Assembly: GCA_965285935.1 (NCBI GenBank)
Contig: OZ260664.1
Coordinates: 12,276,001-12,340,000, forward strand
Direction: 5' to 3'
Origin: Ophelia neglecta
Taxonomy: Eukaryota
Length of the DNA: 64,000 nt
Positions 1 to 11,911 of this stretch are shown piece after piece (position 1 is the stretch's first letter; every line of letters starts with the position of its first letter). The notes under the pieces were generated by a model. It did not search any database and was not told where the DNA came from. It saw only the letters and a list, made by a program, of their open reading frames with translations. Position numbers and translations under genes: made by a program.

Positions 1-1008
1 TTATAATCATCAACGGTCTGAGAACATTACATAAAAGCAATATGTGAATATTTATGACCAAACACAATGCCTTCAGCCAACAGGACGAAATTCATTATAC
101 CATAAGTGCTTTTCATTATGCATCAATGCATCATATGGGCACTCGGAAGCTGGTAGACACGTAAGACTGGAGTTCATGATATCCCATCGAGAAAGTAAAT
201 ATCGCGAATTTGGCAATTTCGTTAACATTTCTAGCTAGCCATATACGCTCGTAGGCGGCTCACCCACGTATAGCTCAACTTCATAAAGGACGCCAGTGTC
301 TGTTCGCCTTTCGCTTAGCATTTCATGTTGACATTACTGTATATGGTGAAAAATCTTCGTTTAATTCCCCTGTTTACAGGAGTTTCTAATTGCTGCCAAA
401 CCCAGCTGCGGATAAAGCCACATCATTAGTTAAGTTGAATACATCCAAGCGCTTTGAAATCACCAGAAACCAGGAGCCACAGGCCCATACGCATAAATAA
501 AACAATTTCCAGCACCCATATAACGGTAAATAACATGACATATTGTTAAAAAATAAAACGTTCCAATTCAAGACACTATTTCGTATATAGCGGCGTCTGT
601 CGACTTAACTAGGATTGTCACATGTTGCTAATTATGTAAAATAGTATTCAAAAACTACATTTTACGGCAGCCATTGTTTAAAACACGGGTGACCATTATT
701 TTGGACAAGTCTGCTGGGACTCTTAAGAGACACACTCTGTGAATACTTCTAAATGGGGTTTTTGTTACCCATTTTTGTAGGAAGATGTATGACATTTAGT
801 GGTGTGGACTCTGTTTATGTAGGTTCCTGGTAGATTGAACCTATTTTCATTAGTTCATTGATGTTTTCTTTTATAATTTGAGTCCCTTTTTAAAGCTTTT
901 ATCATATTTAAGAAATTTTTTAAAATAGCCTGGTCTATATTTATTTAAATGCATATTTTAAACGGCCAAGAATCTTGTATGAGCACGATATAAATTGTAA
1001 GATAATAA

Positions 1009-1862
1009 TTAGTCGACTCTTTGAAAACTACGGTCCTCAACAGAGGGTAGATATCAAGCATTTGTAAGCTGGATAGTGTCACAAAGATCCCGATAGGCTG
1101 TTCTGAATCGGTAGACGCGCGAACGGCAATCGCGGACCCCCAAATTTGAAAGAATTTGGGTTAAAAAAATTAAGTAATTTTTTATTTTCGTTATCACGGA
1201 TACATGTTTTCAATTTTAAAAACAATCAGCCCATGGCCAGGCATAGGCGCTTCATCCCGTCCATTTCAGCGCCGCATCTGTCATATTATGGTTTAACCTG
1301 AATATGGGAATCGATGGACAACATTTCATGACTCGAGTATTAGAAGTTAAAAGTAGTCCCGAAAAAACTCCCCTATCCTAAGTTCTTCAATAATGGTCAA
1401 ATGGTTTCTATGCGTCAAGGCCTTTTGTCACTTACAATCATATTTTGTTCTTGTCCATTTTCGTCGGTTTGACCTTGAATATAATTCTTAAGAAAACACT
1501 TTCTACACCTTTCACACAGTAATTTTAGGCCTTACTGACATATTAAAGAAGTTGAAATACATTTAAAAAAAGTACGTCATATTTATATCCGTTGGTATGA
1601 AAACTACATATATTCAGATCTCACCCTAACCTTAATCAGATCATGGCAATAATTAGATCATGGATCATGGGCGCTTTATTCCTGTCAAATTCGGCGCAGT
1701 ATCGATTATATTTTTAAATGAATCGTGACAATCATTGGTGAAAAACATTTCATAACTGCAGAAGTTATCGTAATACGTCCGTGAAAAATATTCCAGACAA
1801 ATTGCTTAGGCCGAAGCACACTATAACGGCCGAATTGTTTCAGTGCTTCGAAGAGTCACTAA
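1009..1862. mobile_element. Putative non-autonomous DNA element (MITE or Helentron-associated type) with internal degenerate repeats
   Basis: Imperfect terminal inverted repeats TTAGT(C)GACTCTTTGAAAACT (1009) and AGTGCTTCGAAGAGTCACTAA (to 1862). Internal diverged repeats at about 1245-1350, 1445-1500 and 1668-1770. GGCCG...CGGCC palindrome near the right end. Confidence 0.35.
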
Positions 1863-1952
1863 GTTACAGCTAGCGGCGGCGGTGGCGGGGCATACAGGCG
1901 ACCTCGAGCCAAAATACATATTTGCTTTGGAAAAGCTGGGGTGCTAAAATTA

Positions 1953-2090
1953 AAGTGGAACCTGCGTAAAAGACCACCGCTATATTCAGACCGCCTGTCA
2001 ATCAAAATCAATTAAAGGAATACCATAATATACAATGCAAATAACCTGTGCAAACAGACTACCTCTACAATCCGACCAGGATTCATTGTA
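1953..2090. mobile_element. Degenerate Tc1/mariner-pogo-type MITE
   Basis: AGTGGAACCTG...CAGGATTCATTGTA ends and internal AGACC(A/G)CC repeats shared with the element at 58366-58531. Confidence 0.35.
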
Positions 2091-2556
2091 TAACACAGTA
2101 AAATCTAAAAAAGTAATAAGCAGAAGAAAACGACCAACTTTTTGCTTACCCGTGCCAACTTGTCCAGAATATGTTTTGAATGCGTAGTGACTATGATGTT
2201 TCTAGGTCAAATGGGTTGGATCTCATGCAAGTAGCACAGTATAGACTGCTCAAGTATTTGTGCTGACTCTGAGAGGACTGGGGACGCGCTGTCACCTAAC
2301 TTGTCCGCACACAGGAGTTGCCATTGCTATTCACATTGACATACCACATATCACCACTATCCGGAGTGCATTTTCAAGCACTGGACATAAACATAGGAGC
2401 GAATACATTCGTTTAATAGGCATACTGCAAAGCCTTTATTATCACAGGTATCTAGTATACCCTATACAAAGACTGCATTTTGATTGTACATTGAATGCAT
2501 ACAATACGAAGCACACAGTGAAGGATTTCATAAAACGAAACGTTTCTTTCAAAATA

Positions 2557-2733
2557 CAGTGAAACCTGACAATTAGGGACAGCCAAGGGACTGGGAAATC
2601 TGTCCTCTTTTCTCAGTTGTCCTTAATTTACAGGTTACTTTACATGTAAAGTATTGCAACTGTACTTAAAACAATGTCCTTAATAAGCAGTGTGTCCCTA
2701 ATTTTCAGGTGTCCTTTAGGCCAGGTTTTACTG
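2557..2733. mobile_element. Tc1/mariner-pogo (Tigger-like) MITE
   Basis: TIRs CAGTGAAACCTG / CAGGTTTTACTG (11/12 match), flanked on both sides by TA (2555-2556, 2734-2735). Confidence 0.7.
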
Positions 2734-2973
2734 TATGATGCAATCTGCATCTGTCATTGCTACTGGCCTGTTATTCCAATATTAAGGAGGTTATGCAGGA
2801 AAATCGCCTTTTACACTATAGTATGGTATTCGAAAAGTTTCCTAGATGCAGACTCGGCCAGGGTGATAAAGGACACCCGTTGCGCCAAGTAAAGCGGTGA
2901 CATTTACAATAGTTTAGGTCTCAAATTTAATCATGCAAAATATACACCAACTCCGATTGGCAGTTGATATTAT

Positions 2974-3290
2974 GTTCGTTGTTTGAGGTTTTTACGTGGC
3001 TTACAACACTTATCGGTCATATCGCCACTGTGCCTACTTGTGACAGTGGGCTCAATGCCCTCTTTAGAGCGCTGCCTCACTGGAGTACCTGCCGTAGACA
3101 CCAGACAGGGAACCCCACCCAGTCACATTATACTGACACCGGGTTGACCAGTCCTGATACTACCCCGAAATACCGGGCGCCTGGCAGGGGAGCTATCAGT
3201 ACCTATTTATACGTCTTAGGTTTGACGCGATCGAGCTTCGAACCCCGATCTCCCACTTGCGAGGCGGACACCCTGACCACTCAGCCACGC
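2974..3290 (-). mobile_element. tRNA-derived SINE, near full length
   Basis: The minus strand begins with a tRNA-like head (A box TGGCTGAGTGG, B box GGTTCGAAGC), then a core with GTGTCAGTATAATGTGACTGGGTGGGG, and ends in an (AAC)-type tail. Its 3' part recurs at 6988-7102. Confidence 0.75.
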
Positions 3291-5074
3291 TTTGGTGGTG
3301 TTATTATAATGAGTGACACACTTGTTTGGTGTGGTTAAAACGGCGTCCGATCAAATCTGCTGGCCAGGCGTGTGACCGCGTTTTGAATCATGCCAAAACG
3401 GCTATATACATACGAGTCGCGGTATCTCACTGGATACTCTATTCGTCAGATTTTGAGCCGGGCCCTTTTGTATTTTAGGCAATTCCCGAGTCAATACAAT
3501 TATACTTTGCTTTATATCTAGATTTTCTTACTAATAAACATTTATGGTGGCAAGTGAGGAATGATTTTCTTTTGCCCCGTTGGCTGGCATTAAGTCAAAC
3601 AATATATGATTCACAAATGGACACATGACGAGTAGCAATAACTCTACAAAACACGATTTGGGAGACAAACATTCAGTGGAGATCCATGATGGGCCGGAAA
3701 AATGGGCTCTCATTAAAATACATGGAACCATTCTTTCTTGATGATAGTCACGTTTCTGGCAATGGTTTATCGAGTGTGTTGATAGTTGATAAGCCATTAC
3801 ACATATTTTAGATTTGGTTGTTGCTGGTAAGGTCGTGTTGGGCGGTAGAGGAGTTTGGCTGGTTTGATTTTTAAAAAGATTAGAATGCTGCCGGCTATTC
3901 GGTGTAGGGTTTCATCTGTTTCGAGAAGGGGCCAGCAAGCCCCTTAATTCTGAAAATGTCGCTAGCACTAGCAGAACCTATTGATGGGAAGTTTTCCTTA
4001 ATTACTTACTAGACATCTAGACTTAATTGGCTTTTTATTAACGGCGAAAGCTTCAGCGAAAGCAGCATTGGTGGCACAATAATCTTAGAAATCAGTTATT
4101 TTTAACCCAATATATGAACTATTTTAATATATGAACAACACGCACTTGACACCATTTTGCAACAAGAAATCGAAGCACTGGAAAGATGCGTCCTATTTAG
4201 CAGCCAGATCCATTAAAACATATTAAAGTTAATGGGAAATACTGACTTTATGTTGTTTACAGCACCACTTTATGAATGCTTCTTATTGACATTCTTTAAT
4301 CGACCACACATTATCTGACATAGTATCTGACGTACACTATACGTGCAGAGTATTACACCATATGGTGTGCAAACCGTAACCAGAAAACAACATCGCTTTA
4401 GGTAAAACATAGACCACATTGTTTACGGCATTAAATGGCCTGACCAGCCTTAGCAAATCAATACTGATCAAAACCGAGATCCCGATACTACTATCCTATT
4501 CTTTTCCTGGTCCCGTATATAAATCACGCTTACTGCAGTCGATCCATTGCCGGTTTAAAACCCAAACTTGGGCAGACGACAGTGCGCTGGGTTCAAACTC
4601 ACTGTGTCGAGACGAAAATACCGTAAGTTGAACTTTTGATCGATGTTTCCTTTTGCGCATTGTCCTTAAGTAGATGTAATAAAAGCTCTATTATTGACCA
4701 CATTTGCGTTTCTTACACGAGGTATTTGAATAGATGTTTACATAGTGGCTTCGACTCTTAACGGGTTTCTTATCTGGTTCGGCTGGCACGTGTGGTCAAT
4801 GCACTTACTAACCGAAAGGATATTTTATAAGAAGTATTTGGTTCATACCATTTAATCCAAAATCAATAAATTGGGAATCTTAAACCATTTCACCGGAAAT
4901 TGTCTGTTGCAGGCCCGCACCGCATATCCATACATATTACCATGTGATTTCTATATTACCTTTACGGTATCAAATTCTTTGCGCGGTTCGTAGGAGTTTA
5001 AATCACTTGGCGTTTATGGAAAACTCCACAATGCATTGGGAGCGGGTTTAATGGTTCAAATGGGTACAACAGTT

Positions 5075-5670
5075 ATAATGTTGAACCGAGTAATAAAAAA
5101 AAATCGGCTTTAAGTATGCTGATTAAGTAGTGCGCATTGGTGTGATCAAATGTATTTTTTATTTGGTAAAATATATGAAGACTTCTCGAGTGGCCGTTTG
5201 AATGTCCGACAGGGGCATGCTAATCGAATTGTCACCTGGGGCCGGTTTCTGGAAGGGGTCTTACGTTTTGGGATTAGATTAGCCTAAGACCGATTAGCTG
5301 AGGCCATGCTAAGCAGTGTTTCCACTGACCAGGATGAAGTTTAAGACCAAAATGGCTAGGTTTAAGACCTAATCCAGCTTCCAGAAACCTCGATTAGTGA
5401 GTTAAGACCGATAAAGCACTTAAATCCTGATTTTAATCCGAGTTTAGAGTTAAGACCGCTTCCAGAAACCAGGCCCTGGAGGTTATTGAGCACCCACCCG
5501 AGGTAGTAATGTGTAGGTCCCACGAACATATTATAAAGACAAAACCGTCCCAGGAACAGCATACCATCTGGTGTATACAGATCTATATTTAAATGTTCTC
5601 ATGATTCAAAGATCATATGAGATGCTTCGGGATATGTATGCTTGTATTCAATGGTTTCCTGAATCACTCA
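5075..5670 (+). repeat. Old diverged paralog of the deiodinase upstream region (interrupted by a MITE)
   Basis: Colinear similarity to 12643-12800 (GTTGAAcCGAGT, TAGTGCG..TTGGT, GGCCGtTTGAATGT), to 13215-13265 (AAATGTtCTCATGATTCaAAGAT) and to 13500-13555 (ATATGAGATGCTT...TATGCTTGT). Confidence 0.6.
5239..5476. mobile_element. MITE, PIF/Harbinger-like
   Basis: About 25-bp TIRs GGGCCGGTTTCTGGAAGGGGTCTTA / TAAGACCGCTTCCAGAAACCAGGCCC, CTG trinucleotide at both ends, internal TAAGACC repeats. Confidence 0.6.
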
Positions 5671-5674
5671 CCAT

Positions 5675-6250
5675 GATAGTGCAATGCGATAAAGTGTGTA
5701 AACTGTGTGACGGTGATCTAGAAACGGAAGAGCACTTTCTAATCCGATGTCCAGCCTTGTCGACATCCCGGGCCGCTCTCTATGATGCCCTGAGTGTTAA
5801 GGAGCGGATTTCTCCCATGCCTGCACCAAAACCGGGTCTCCATCTCACATTAGACGAGAGGACAGCAGCATGGTTACTGGGGTGTGGCGAAGTTTTTGTA
5901 GAAGGTCACGCAGGTGCCCACGCATGTGTAACTAAAGCGGTATGGCAAATGTACAATTGTAGGCTCACCTTGCTTGAAAGTATTTCTGATAAATAACCCT
6001 TAATGTAGCAATGTGAACTTGAACAAGACTGGTGTTGTAGGTTAAAATTTGTGACCCAACTGCTTTCCACGTTTTATGTTCCATTTTTACTGGTTAGTCA
6101 TATTTTTTTGTTTCTAAAATATACATATTATATTTTCACATTATTATTTGATTTAAATAATTCCCTTGCATTATTAAATAATTTGTATTTTTTTCTCGAT
6201 TACTTGTACTCTCCTATCACTGGAGGAATAAAGATTAATAATAATAATAT
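5675..6250 (+). mobile_element. 3' fragment of a non-LTR retrotransposon (LINE ORF2 C-terminal CCHC domain plus 3' UTR)
   Basis: CKLCDGDLETEEHFLIRCPAL matches the C-x2-C...E..H...C zinc finger at LINE ORF2 C-termini. The fragment ends in AATAAA plus a (TAA)n tail at about 6227-6250. Confidence 0.65.
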
Positions 6251-6987
6251 GCTATTGATCTGTATTACGATTTCCTAGAGTGTAAGAGATAGATCCTTAG
6301 GTTCACGATATCCTCCCGTGGTCGCCTTGATTAGATCTGTCTGGCCAGGTAAAATAACTGTCCACTGATTCTGTAATTACCAATACAACGGTGCTCTATA
6401 TGGTATATCTGTATTAACACCCACCCATTTCGAATCCGAGCTGTTAATTTCATATTTGAATATTCTAAAAACGATTTTTATAATGAATTCCTTAACTCTA
6501 CGATTGATATTTTCATGAAAAAGTAGAATTTTATACAAAATGTGCATGGAGCTCTGTCTAATGAGAACAACAACACAGTTTAAATTGCCCAGGATTAGCT
6601 CCTTTTCAATATCTAGCCCGCCATTTTACCTAGGCATTTAAAGCTTACAGATTAAACCGATTACACATGATATGATTAGACCTGCCCCAGGAGGATATTG
6701 AATATTTAAGCAACGTTCTGGGCAAAAAGGCCGTCCTCAATTTATCAAAATGCTCGAATACTTTACATAGTTGTTAAGCAAAAATACTTCATTTCCGAAA
6801 TAACTATACAACAAGGTTATCAATACCTTAATACGTTCAATATTGACAAAAGAAATGCCCATTGAAGTACATGTGATTATTAACATTAGAAAAATCTTAC
6901 GATTGAAATGCAGCGAGAAATTGCGACTTAATTTTATCTGCTACCTTGCCACAAATGCAAACCTGCTGACTAAAATGCATTCACATT

Positions 6988-7102
6988 GTACTCCAGTGAG
7001 GCAGCACTATAAAGAGGGCATTGAGCCCAGTGTCACAAGTAAGCACTGTGGTGATATGACCGATAAGTGTTGAAAGCCACGTAAAACCCAAAAAACAACA
7101 AC
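6988..7102 (+). mobile_element. 5'-truncated copy of the tRNA-derived SINE
   Basis: Reverse-complement match to 2974-3088 (CTCCAGTGAGGCAGC...GATATGACCGATAAGTGTTG..AGCCACGTAAAA), ending in an AACAACAAC tail. Confidence 0.7.
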
Positions 7103-8309
7103 ATCTTGGCGTATGTTATCATCGTATTATTATTATAGTTTATTCCTAATTATTTATTAAGGATTATATCCACTCTGTTTTATTCACAACAACGCCGCTT
7201 CAATGGTTTCATGGCACTATATTTAGTTTATACTTATATAGGTAGCTGATAAAAAATGAGTATAAAAAAGGTATTTCTTGAGATCGGAGTGTTGTCATGG
7301 TAATCAACAAAACCTGCAACAATCCACATGGCTATAACTAATAGAATTTTCTTCAGTTATGCACTTCATAACACACTTGCATTAGGTGATGTATAAGAAC
7401 CGTAATCTTTTTTTCATAATCAGATTCATGCCCGGAATATGATGTCGTGGGTTAGTCAGCATAGTTTGAAAGTCGTTTGGAAGGAATTGAATGCCCTTTC
7501 TCAAGTGTCTTTCCTAAAATACAACCCGGTTATAATTTAATTGATTTCTGTTAAAGCAACAAAATCTCAATATACACTTTTAGGATTTTAAGCAAACATT
7601 GTCATGTAAAATCACAAATTGACAAAACGCCAATTGAATCTTGAGTATGGCTTCTTCCAGTTAAACGATATGTATAAATCCATGTAGTGTGAGTGTTGTA
7701 TTGTCCTGAAAATAGATATGTACTCCTGAGCATAAAGATATGGGGTTTGTGTCATTGTTTGTAGCAGGTTGCGAGCGAATTTATAATATAAAAGAAATTA
7801 AACTGAGGCCTTATCTGACAAATTACTAAGCATTCTTTTGACATCATTGCATTGCACTATGAGTATTACGACTAGTAAGTAAATTTTCTATTATTCATCT
7901 ATATATTATAAAAATACGAGCTTTTTAAAATGATTAAAACCAAATATAATACCAGTTTAGAGAAACTAAGTAAAATAGGCTGCTTTGCCCTTACCACATA
8001 TTCCAATCTCTGAAAATGTGGTTTGTGTTAACCAACTATAGACCTCAACGGTACCTGTGCATGCAAGTGATCAAGTTTTGTCATGTGCCGAGTCAGTATG
8101 TGTAACTATGTACAGTTTAGTATACGGTTCTATTGTTTGCAGTAGGAGACTATTTAAGCTAATGTGTCAGACATTGTGACACTTTGACACGGTAACAATG
8201 GCCCTGCCGGAGACTATCTTTCAAGCATGAATGAACGCAGGAGATTATTTATGATATACAGACATTGTTCTCTTGTGGAATGAAGGTGCTCGACTGTATC
8301 TTAAGTCAC

Positions 8310-8423
8310 ATAGAGTACTCCCTGTCGAAGATTACGGACTTGATAAGCTCCGCGGCCGTCAGTTGATTTGCTCCGCGGCCTTGGAGCTTATAAAATCGTA
8401 ATCTACGACAGGTCGCACTCTAT
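8310..8423. repeat. Imperfect palindrome (about 114 bp), probable short MITE
   Basis: ATAGAGTactcCCTGTCGaAGATTACG...ATAAGCTCC pairs with GGAGCTTAT...CGTAATCTaCGACAGG..GCACTCTAT. Confidence 0.5.
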
Positions 8424-8461
8424 CTATAACGTAGTGTCAAAGTTTTTGCAACGTGTAGACT

Positions 8462-8711
8462 GCAGTGGTGGCAGGGGTGAAAGGCAGTGGGACGGGGGGG
8501 GGTCTCAGTAGGGGAGGGGGGGGGCAGGTTCGGGGGCAGGAGTGGGAAGATTTGGGGGTGATGAGGGAGGGCCTGAAAGAGAGGAAGGGGTAGAATAGGA
8601 GAGAGATGCCAGGAGTTAGAGGGACGAGGGATGGGGGGGGGGGCAGATATAGGAGGGAGCGCAGCAGTGAGAGTGCGGACGTGGGCAGGAATGGGAGGAG
8701 GGGGGGGGGGT
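8462..8711 (+). repeat. G/purine-rich low-complexity tract (G-quadruplex-prone)
   Basis: About 250 bp with many G4-G12 runs and very few C in an otherwise AT-rich region. Confidence 0.8.
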
Positions 8712-8964
8712 AATTGTCATCTTTTTCTTTAATAGATAATCCGCTTTGCCACGTATTTTCGGCTAGTGTATAAATAATGTGGATTACTTAAAAAAAGCTA
8801 CGTCTACTCACTACACTCTCACCATAACCTTCCCAGATTCGTTCATATTATGTGGACATACATTGGATGATACATTTTATTCGGCCTGTATCACGTTGTA
8901 CCAGTGGATATGGTCGAGAACTAAATCTTGTTTATGAAGGACTGACAATGGATTACAGCTACTT

Positions 8965-9960
8965 ATTGTTTCCAAAGTCCTTACTCTGTAGTGATGTCCT
9001 TAACTGTGTAAGATAGGCCTCCAGATGTAACACGAACAATTGTAGGTGAATGGTGAAATGCAAAGCAGGCCTTCCCCTTATTATTTGAGTAAAGTGTACA
9101 TCTGCTTATGATTTTTTGATTGTACATACATCCATAAAGACGGTAAGCAAACCAAGTTTAATCTCTTAATAGCTGCTACTGAAAGTTATTAAGTTTAAGA
9201 ACAAGAACAGGCTGGTTTAATTTATGATATGTAATCATTGGTTAAAAACATGCATCTGGCATTTTATGGTTGAAAAGTAAATATATACTTACTCATTTTG
9301 GTTCAATTATGGGATTAACAATATGTATAAATTACAATTGTGCAACCCCCCCCCCCCTACCCCCATTTCATACGCAGCATGCTAAATATTAGGTTGATGC
9401 AGAATTTTATCAAGTAACAATCACTTGCCGAACCTTTTGTATATGTATTTACTATTACTCTTTTCGATCGGACACATTTCGATCATTCTAGGCTTCTCGT
9501 GTGATCTAATTGGTGACCCTGGCGCGGGAACAAAAGAATCCCATTGATTAAGAATGATGAGAATTATAAACAATTACAGTTGGACCAACTGATGTATATA
9601 GTTGCCTTGCCCATACGGCTATTTATATGTACCATTGATCCAAACAAACTGCCCAATATTTAATTGAATTACCCCAAATTCGTATATTGTCGCTTTTTAT
9701 TTTCTTTGGTACTCCATTACCAAGTCGAGTGATTACCATTTAAGTACAAATCAAAGTTACAAGTAAACCTTAAAAACACATATTAAAGACAAATAAATGT
9801 TCCTTATGTTGCTCAACCCATGGCTTAGTGAAAAAAGCTCATTGCATAACAGGGCATGAGTAGCCTGTTCTGAAATTTAGGGGTAATATTATGAAGCAAT
9901 GTTCTGGGTATAAGAGGACATACTAAATGTATCAAATTGCTCGTAAACTATGTTTTAACA
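8965..9960 (+). repeat. Second old diverged paralog of the deiodinase upstream region
   Basis: Colinear blocks: 8970-9220 resembles 10965-11215 (CCAAAGTCCT.ACTCT..AGTGATGT; ATCTCTTAATA.CTGCTA..GAAAGT); 9440-9540 resembles 12270-12350; 9590-9870 resembles 12920-13175 (ATTGCATA.CAGGGCA..AGT.GCCTG). Confidence 0.7.
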
Positions 9961-10522
9961 CAAACACAGTTCTTCACGAAATGCGCGGTGTATTGAATTT
10001 TTTTAAATAATGATGTTAGCAATGGGAGTCGTTAATAACCCAGTATTTCTTGACCGGATGCCTGAGCCCGGTGAACAACCCGATGTATATGTATATAATA
10101 TTACTCTTTTCATATCGATTATTCTAGACTTCTCATGTAACCTCATCGCTGACCCTAGTACAGGTAGGGAAGAAATACTCTCTTCAAGAAATCAAAAACA
10201 CAAGTTTTCCATGCCAAATTTTCTACGTTGGCGCGTAGCTAATTGTGAGATATTCTGCGTACAACGTTCATAAATGCATTTACTCACATAAAACCATTTG
10301 CTGCATGGATACGTGATCGATGGGATTGCAGTCTGCATTGAAGTAGTATGGAAAGAAGCACCAACTTTACCAGCATAAACAGGTTATGAATTAAAAGATG
10401 TTGTGTATTCAGGTCTTATTTCTACAAACAGTGGAATATATATTATATATGTTATATAGAAAGCTCCTCCGTCCATCAATTAAGTGTTCTCCTGAGAAGT
10501 GGCTGTCCGTACTAGACATTTC

Positions 10523-10593
10523 GGATGAGACGTATATATGACTGCGGCTATGAAATAGTTCAGTAGTTCGCACGACTCTTGAATAGGTCATGC
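10523..10593 (+). promoter_or_regulatory. SECIS-like hairpin (orphan copy, head of unit 1)
   Basis: ATGA (10538-41), 11 nt, AAA, 18 nt, GA (10574-75). Helix TGCGGCTATG / CAGTAGTTCGCA. Confidence 0.6.
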
Positions 10594-11790
10594 TTAATAC
10601 TAGTGGTTGATGCTTCATCTTGGTGACTGCAAACTTATGTAATTATTTAACCTGCTTTAACGGCGACTCACACACGCAAGTAAAGGCGGCGTTTCATTGG
10701 GTGATATTGCAGCAAATCAGCATACCGGAAAGGTACCCACATATATGGACTGCGGCCTTTCCAATTCGTAGTTCACTGTCGTCCGTGAAGTGGCGCCAGT
10801 AATATTAGTAAACCACCGTATTACTGCTACTGTCGGAGTAGTACGCTACATTAATGGTTGTTACTCATTTTAATTGATGCTATAGGTGTACTACTAAATA
10901 TAGTTCATTCCTATAACATGTTAATGGAGTACTACTTGCTATGCTTAAGAGCCACCTCTGGTGGCCAAAGTCCTCACTCTTAAGTGATGTTATAAAAAGA
11001 ACTATATTTGGCAATCCTCTATCAGACGTAACACAAACAGTTGTGGGTCGGTAGTGAAGTGCAGAGCCGTCCCGTATGATTTGAGTTTATCGGATCTATG
11101 TTTGGTTTTTATGATATTACATGAACCTAGAGAAGGTAGGCAATATTAATTTGATCTCTTAATATCTGCTATGGAAAGTAAGTATGTTTAAGAGTGACAA
11201 CAAGCATGTTGTAATGTGTACTTACGATTGTTTTTTTAGTACCGCTTTTACCTGATTTAAGCATATTACCTCTTATAGTAGCAGTCTTGTTTCCATAGTA
11301 AACAAAATCACGCATTTTGACCATCGTCCTATTGGATGCATTTGTGTGCTATACCAAAAATCATCTCCAAAATGTAGTTATATGAGCTTTAAATATAGTT
11401 GAACCTGAAAATTAAAAATTTATCTGTACCATGATAAAATTGATATTTGGAATTGGGGTTTTTCACGACACATAAGCAACATGTTGGCCTTTTAGAATGC
11501 TTGTGGTTAGATACATAGGTGTATTAACAGTATTATATTTGATCTTGTATTATGCTTTATTGCAAAGAAAAACAATCCGCTACACTTATGGACACATAGC
11601 GGGATAGGGTTTATTATCCGTTATTCTCGCGTTGAATTGTGGGAGTAATGGTATTGATGTCATTGCAGAATAAAACTTATATTAGAGTGTTGATTTTAGC
11701 ACCCGTTCTCGTAATTACAACAGTTATACCTAACTAATAGATAAAATACAAAAAGAAACTCCCAGTAATCGGCATAATGTGAGCAAAGAT

Positions 11791-11911
11791 CTCCGGCTAA
11801 TACCGCAGCTTATCGGCCTCATTCGGACACATGTATATTTCAATTAAAGCTCCGGCTAATACCGCAGCTTATCGGCCTCATTCGGACACATGTATATTTC
11901 AATTAAAGCTC
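11791..11911 (+). repeat. 59-bp direct tandem duplication unique to unit 1
   Basis: CTCCGGCTAATACCGCAGC...TTTCAATTAAAG occurs at 11791 and again at 11850; single copy in units 2-4. Confidence 0.9.

Noticed and set aside
3225-3290. tRNA gene
   Set aside because: A and B boxes are present, but it is the head of a SINE and no complete cloverleaf is evident.
3500-4140. Minus-strand peptide fragments (KIVH, ASDIFRI, NVTIIKKEWF) reminiscent of a decayed DXD-type glycosyltransferase
   Set aside because: Motifs are too short, scattered across frames and lack the DxD core. Not supportable without a tblastn or HMM search.
10409-10802. Recurrent short ORFs (MKHQPLV..., MVTANLC..., MHNLLDL...) in each unit
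   Set aside because: They overlap the duplicated UTR/SECIS and intergenic blocks, and are broken by stops or indels in some units.
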